From Mizuhopecten yessoensis (lineage: Eukaryota): a DNA stretch of 64,000 bases. The notes below the pieces were generated by a model. The model searched no databases. It was not told the origin of the DNA and worked only from the letters and a program-made list of their open reading frames with translations. The stretch covers positions 1,045,661 to 1,109,660 of the forward strand of contig NW_018406103.1 of the NCBI RefSeq assembly GCF_002113885.1, given 5' to 3'. Below are positions 59,801-64,000 of this stretch, piece after piece. Every line of letters starts with the position of its first letter. The stretch's first letter is position 1. The translations under genes and the position numbers were made by a program.

Positions 59801-61821
59801 ACATACTGAGACAAAATATAACATATTGACATTCGGTACGAAGAAAACACAACACCACATAAAAAACGTGAAATCCTCTAAGTTATATAGATTTATCTAA
59901 ACGGTTTACCTGCAAGCCACAAATTTTCAGGTTATATTATAATTACTATTCCGCATTTACTAATTAAATGAATATTTTGTTGTACTTACCGCTACCGGTG
60001 TTGGTGGTCTGGGCCTCGCAGTAACATGCACGGTTATGGCAGGTAAGGGCGTGGTTTGGGGCACACATGGTTAGGCCATTTTCACAATCAGAATCACTTC
60101 GGCACCCCTCTGAGTTTACGCAGACTGTAACGGAAGATAAACAATGTTACTATTACAATGTAGTGACCTCGACATGTTTTCCTTAAATCCAAATATTCCA
60201 AATATAATATCTTTGGTTATACTAATTTATTTTTCGTTGTTTTACTAGTTCACTAATCATTAAAATACGGTATTTTCATTTATCAACGATTTATTCAAGT
60301 TAATAATTGGTTTCGTTATAATAAAAATGACCTTAACGGGTTTTTTCATCATCTTTTTATTTATTAAAATTGACTGAAAAGCTGTTTAGAAGATAACTAT
60401 TGATAGGTTAACATTTCGTTTAATTCTGAATTACTCGGTCGTTCATATTATTTACCATATAAGTTTTCTACCGATTACTTTAAGAGGTATGACCTGTCTG
60501 AGCTTGATATTTCCCGAACAGAAGGGGGATATGACATTCAGAGAGATTATATCACCGGCCTAAACCTTTATAAATCGCAGTTTGCAATTATTTTATTCTT
60601 TGCATTATGTATCTGTAGCAGTTAAAATGGAAGTTAAAGAAAAGCGAAAAAATAACCCTAAAAATGTATATGTTCAATAATTGTGTCTATTAGGCTACAG
60701 TTTTATTTTTTATTTTTACACTTAACCACAGGGAGATGAAAACTTATTCATATTCACATTTCAACAATAGTTTTCAACACGCACGGATTTTTAAATGTTA
60801 TTGACGTTATTGAGTTATTGACGGTTATGCTTAAATCGGCTAATCATAATGGCTTCGGGTAGAATGAGAGTTAAAAATAAAATTGAGGCTTTTAAGTCGC
60901 GTCGCTCCTCTCCTTTGTAATCTTTAAAGGACAGGTATCAGCCTAGCGATTGGTCAGTTTCTTTTTACCTGAGACCAATCAAACAGCTGTCTGCGTGCCT
61001 TCAATTTTGCTATGACATATTCCAGGGGTGCAGAGAGCGAAAGTGAGCGTAACCACTAGATATCGAGGATGGCAAAGGTCTAGATTTTTCATGTTCTGTA
61101 TGGTATCCATATAAAGTCAAGCACATAGAAAAAATAGAAGGGGTACAGAAAAGAGCCACCGAAAAGTTTTCTGGATAACAAAACATAACCTACCAAAAAC
61201 GACTAAAAAATCTTACACTAGTGTATATACGAGAGCGATTCATGTTCGTTTATCAAACTGTGGAACAAGGTAACGGAGAGAACAGCACCAGAAGACACTC
61301 ATTTAAGATATATACCCAAAAACAAGCTTTAACATCTAAAAGAAAGAACTATTTTACAGTCAGAGTGGTGCACATTTGGAATAATTTACCATCGGAGGTG
61401 GTAAACGCACGACCCCTAAATTCATTTAAGGATAGACAACAGAAATGCTGAAAAAATCAGGAAATATTATATAACTTTAAAGCACCGATTTAAAAGCGGA
61501 TTTCAAGTTCGGTGCAATACAACGATATAGTCCAGTGGGGAGAACCTGTAGAGGTCCGGTACTTGAAACTAACTCTAAGTAACTCTAAAATGTGATTTCA
61601 TAGTTGCAAGGCCGTTAAGCAATTACTTATTTATATAAGTTTTTAATAAAAATGCATAAAGACAAACATGCAACAAAATTTTGAGAAATAAATTAACATT
61701 CGAATTAAAATAGATAAATTATATAAAATACAAGATGGACGCATAAAACTCCATATTTGTACAAATATGGACACTTACCAGCAACAACAGCCAAAATGGC
61801 GAGAGCGATGAAGGTCCTCAT
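56844..61821 (-). CDS. Serine protease inhibitor cvSI-2-like (MEROPS I84-type, 12-Cys secreted peptide), 92 aa; exons complement(61779-61821, 59990-60124, 56844-56944)
   Basis: MRTFIALAILAVVAVCVNS|EGCRSDSDCENGLTMCAPNHALTCHNRACYCEAQTTNTGSGCSDKSDCPSSANCHSGRGNYHCVDAKCRCFYF*. Signal peptide plus two 6-Cys modules ending in CxC; HCVDxxCRC tail typical of cvSI family; both introns phase 1 with strong GTAAGT donors. Confidence 0.88.
57142..57226. mobile_element. 85-bp MITE with 19-bp perfect TIR
   Basis: tagtctcgttcaaccagac / gtctggttgaacgagacta. Confidence 0.75.
57851..58540. mobile_element. 690-bp foldback/MULE-like non-autonomous transposon with ~197-bp TIRs and 9-bp TSD
   Basis: 57851-58047 is the reverse complement of 58343-58540; cttgtcatc at 57842-57850 and 58541-58549. 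Confidence 0.9.
58785..59830. repeat. 20-bp minisatellite (gagacaaaatgtaacatatt), ~52 copies, in cvSI intron 2
   Basis: Strict 20-bp period; accounts for the three long repetitive minus-strand ORFs. Confidence 0.95.
61085..61590 (+). mobile_element. CR1-type LINE 3' fragment in cvSI intron 1
   Basis: VWYPYKVKHIEKIEGVQKRAT...TRRHSFKI...RKNYFTVRVVHIWNNLPSEVV; short tandem tail (taactctaa). Confidence 0.75.
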
Positions 61822-61888
61822 GGTGATAGTGTTGGTTGTATTGGTCAACAGCAGGTTAAACAATGGTGGTGGTCAAAATAGCATGGAC

Positions 61889-61895
61889 TTTTATA
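61889..61895 (-). promoter_or_regulatory. TATA box of the cvSI-like gene
   Basis: TATAAAA on the minus strand, ~70 bp upstream of the ATG at 61821. Confidence 0.65.
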
Positions 61896-62290
61896 CAGTG
61901 GTCAGTTTCAGATTTGATCGAAATGGCACGATATTCGCGACCTATATGGGGTCAAAGCTGATATTATGCACGATTTCGGACCGTGTGACGCAAGCGTCTG
62001 TCCAACACTGTAGACAATTCACACTGCATGGCATGACACAAACATTCGTTATTGTCGTAATATTAGATAAGCTGGTTCAGTAAATATTTGTAAAATCTCA
62101 CATTTGACTCATAGTCTGATAAAATAGTGCGTAATTGTGTGTAGTGAAAGAGGTTAAAAATCTAGAACGATCAAAGATTGAAACAAAATAGGCTGATACT
62201 TAGGCAAGTAACGATAAAGAATGGAACCATCTTATAACATGTAAGATCATAAGCTTGAGCTCAAAAATATAATATATAGTCCATCCTCAT

Positions 62291-62296
<6 letters not shown>

Positions 62297-62343
<47 letters not shown>

Positions 62344-62953
62344 NNNNNNNNNNNNNNNNNNNNNNNNNNNNNNNNNNNNNNNNNNNNNNNNNNNNNNNNN
62401 NNNNNNNNNNNNNNNNNNNNNNNNNNNNNNNNNNNNNNNNNNNNNNNNNNNNNNNNNNNNNNNNNNNNNNNNNNNNNNNNNNNNNNNNNNNNNNNNNNNN
62501 NNNNNNNNNNNNNNNNNNNNNNNNNNNNNNNNNNNNNNNNNNNNNNNNNNNNNNNNNNNNNNNNNNNNNNNNNNNNNNNNNNNNNNNNNNNNNNNNNNNN
62601 NNNNNNNNNNNNNNNNNNNNNNNNNNNNNNNNNNNNNNNNNNNNNNNNNNNNNNNNNNNNNNNNNNNNNNNNNNNNNNNNNNNNNNNNNNNNNNNNNNNN
62701 NNNNNNNNNNNNNNNNNNNNNNNNNNNNNNNNNNNNNNNNNNNNNNNNNNNNNNNNNNNNNNNNNNNNNNNNNNNNNNNNNNNNNNNNNNNNNNNNNNNN
62801 NNNNNNNNNNNNNNNNNNNNNNNNNNNNNNNNNNNNNNNNNNNNNNNNNNNNNNNNNNNNNNNNNNNNNNNNNNNNNNNNNNNNNNNNNNNNNNNNNNNN
62901 NNNNNNNNNNNNNNNNNNNNNNNNNNNNNNNNNNNNNNNNNNNNNNNNNNNNN

Positions 62954-63008
<55 letters not shown>

Positions 63009-63032
63009 GGATGATGATGAGGATGATGATGA
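62297..63032. repeat. (CT)n and (ATG)n microsatellites flanking an assembly gap (N 62344-62953)
   Basis: Direct reading. Confidence 0.97.
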
Positions 63033-63169
63033 TTGAGGTAATGGCATCACAATGTTTGTGAGTGAGTGGACGTTTTTGTTGTTGTTGTTTTATATATTAA
63101 TAAAACTTGTGAAAAAAAAAATAAAAAAAATGAAAAGATTATTTAGCCTACTAGTTTTCAAAGAAATCC

Positions 63170-63408
63170 GTCAAAAAATGTAGCAGAAGATCTCCGGGCA
63201 AAAAATCAAATAATGAAATGAACAAAGGGCAATAACTTTTCAAATCAAAATTCTTTTAAGGGAGACACAACTTCATATCATGATTATTATGTATACCAAG
63301 TTACAAAGAGATCGGTCGAAAAATGTCGGACAAACAAAAGTTTACGCCGGACGGACGGACGGCGCCATACCATAATACTCCCGTCAAATTTGACGGGCGT
63401 ATAAAAAT
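63170..63408 (+). mobile_element. Helentron-associated (HINE/DINE-1/pearl-like) element 3' end
   Basis: (GGAC)n microsatellite followed by the hairpin cccgtcaaatttgacggg and ataaaaa. Confidence 0.65.
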
Positions 63409-63499
63409 CTCTCGTCGCCAGAAAGCTACGTTATCGCAGCTAGATTGAACCACAGGGTTCGTTACACCTGTGTATGTCTATGTGTGGTGTGATGGTATT

Positions 63500-63880
63500 A
63501 CCAAAACTCTTGACAACTCAAAACAATCAGATATATCGGTTATGGATTTCTCCAAAGTTGCAAAGCATTTGATAAGGTCAGCCACTCTCTTCTTACCAAC
63601 AAACTCAGTCATTATGGTATAGATGATAAAACTACTTCCTGGAAACTCAAACTTCTTAAGTAATAGAACCCAATCAGTACTTGTTGAAGGCGTCACATCT
63701 GAGTATGTACCAGTTTATCCGGCGTCCCCCAGGGATCTTTACTGGGGCCTTGTTTGTTCCTATTTTATATTAATGACATGCCAATTGGTTTGAACTCCAC
63801 GGTCAGATTGTTTGCGGATGATACCATCGTATATCTAGACAAACTAACCCTTTTGGAGAAAAAATGGTTAATGGCTTTCC
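63500..63880 (+). mobile_element. Degenerate LINE reverse-transcriptase fragment (CR1-like)
   Basis: [57 protein letters not shown] with frameshifts. Confidence 0.85.
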
Positions 63881-64000
63881 AAGTGTTAATGTTGTGATGC
63901 AACTGAAAAGATGTATGTACTTATAATATATGAAATCATTTCATCATACATGAAGAAATGGATGATGATGATGATGATGATGATGATGTTGTTGATGATG

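Noticed and set aside
58686-59860. Three 320-390 aa minus-strand ORFs
   Set aside because: Artefacts of a stop-free 20-bp minisatellite. All three frames give the same periodic peptide, and the region is inside the cvSI intron.
62247-63050. 267-aa and other X-containing ORFs (also 43612-43851)
   Set aside because: They span assembly gaps and microsatellites.

Overview
AT-rich eukaryotic genomic DNA, most likely a bivalve mollusc (cvSI/I84-type inhibitor, V- and Meta-type SINEs, HINE-like elements), with two assembly gaps. I assembled five spliced protein-coding genes by hand from GT-AG sites with consistent intron phases. (1) A minus-strand, signal-peptide-bearing cereblon-like CULT-domain gene (6 exons, 179 aa). 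(2) Head-to-head with it, a ZNF395/ZNF704/SLC2A4RG-family C2H2 + C-clamp transcription factor (7 exons, 523 aa) whose N-terminus looks like a 53BP1-type Tudor domain. (3) A secreted EndoU ribonuclease (5 exons, 287 aa). (4) A divergent forkhead gene (3 exons, 450 aa). (5) A minus-strand 12-Cys cvSI-2-like protease inhibitor (3 exons, 92 aa). The rest is minisatellites, SINEs, MITEs and LINE fragments. The most unusual observations are four. The last EndoU intron is about 54 tandem copies of its own 3' splice junction, and many copies also carry a donor-like site that would define an in-frame 15-nt microexon. A minimal hammerhead ribozyme, with its 5' half tandemly amplified, lies sense in the CULT gene's last intron. 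The C-clamp factor has an apparently intact methyl-lysine cage. Several 44-72 bp hairpin insertions have ~9-bp target-site duplications. All calls come from manual reading; no searches were run.
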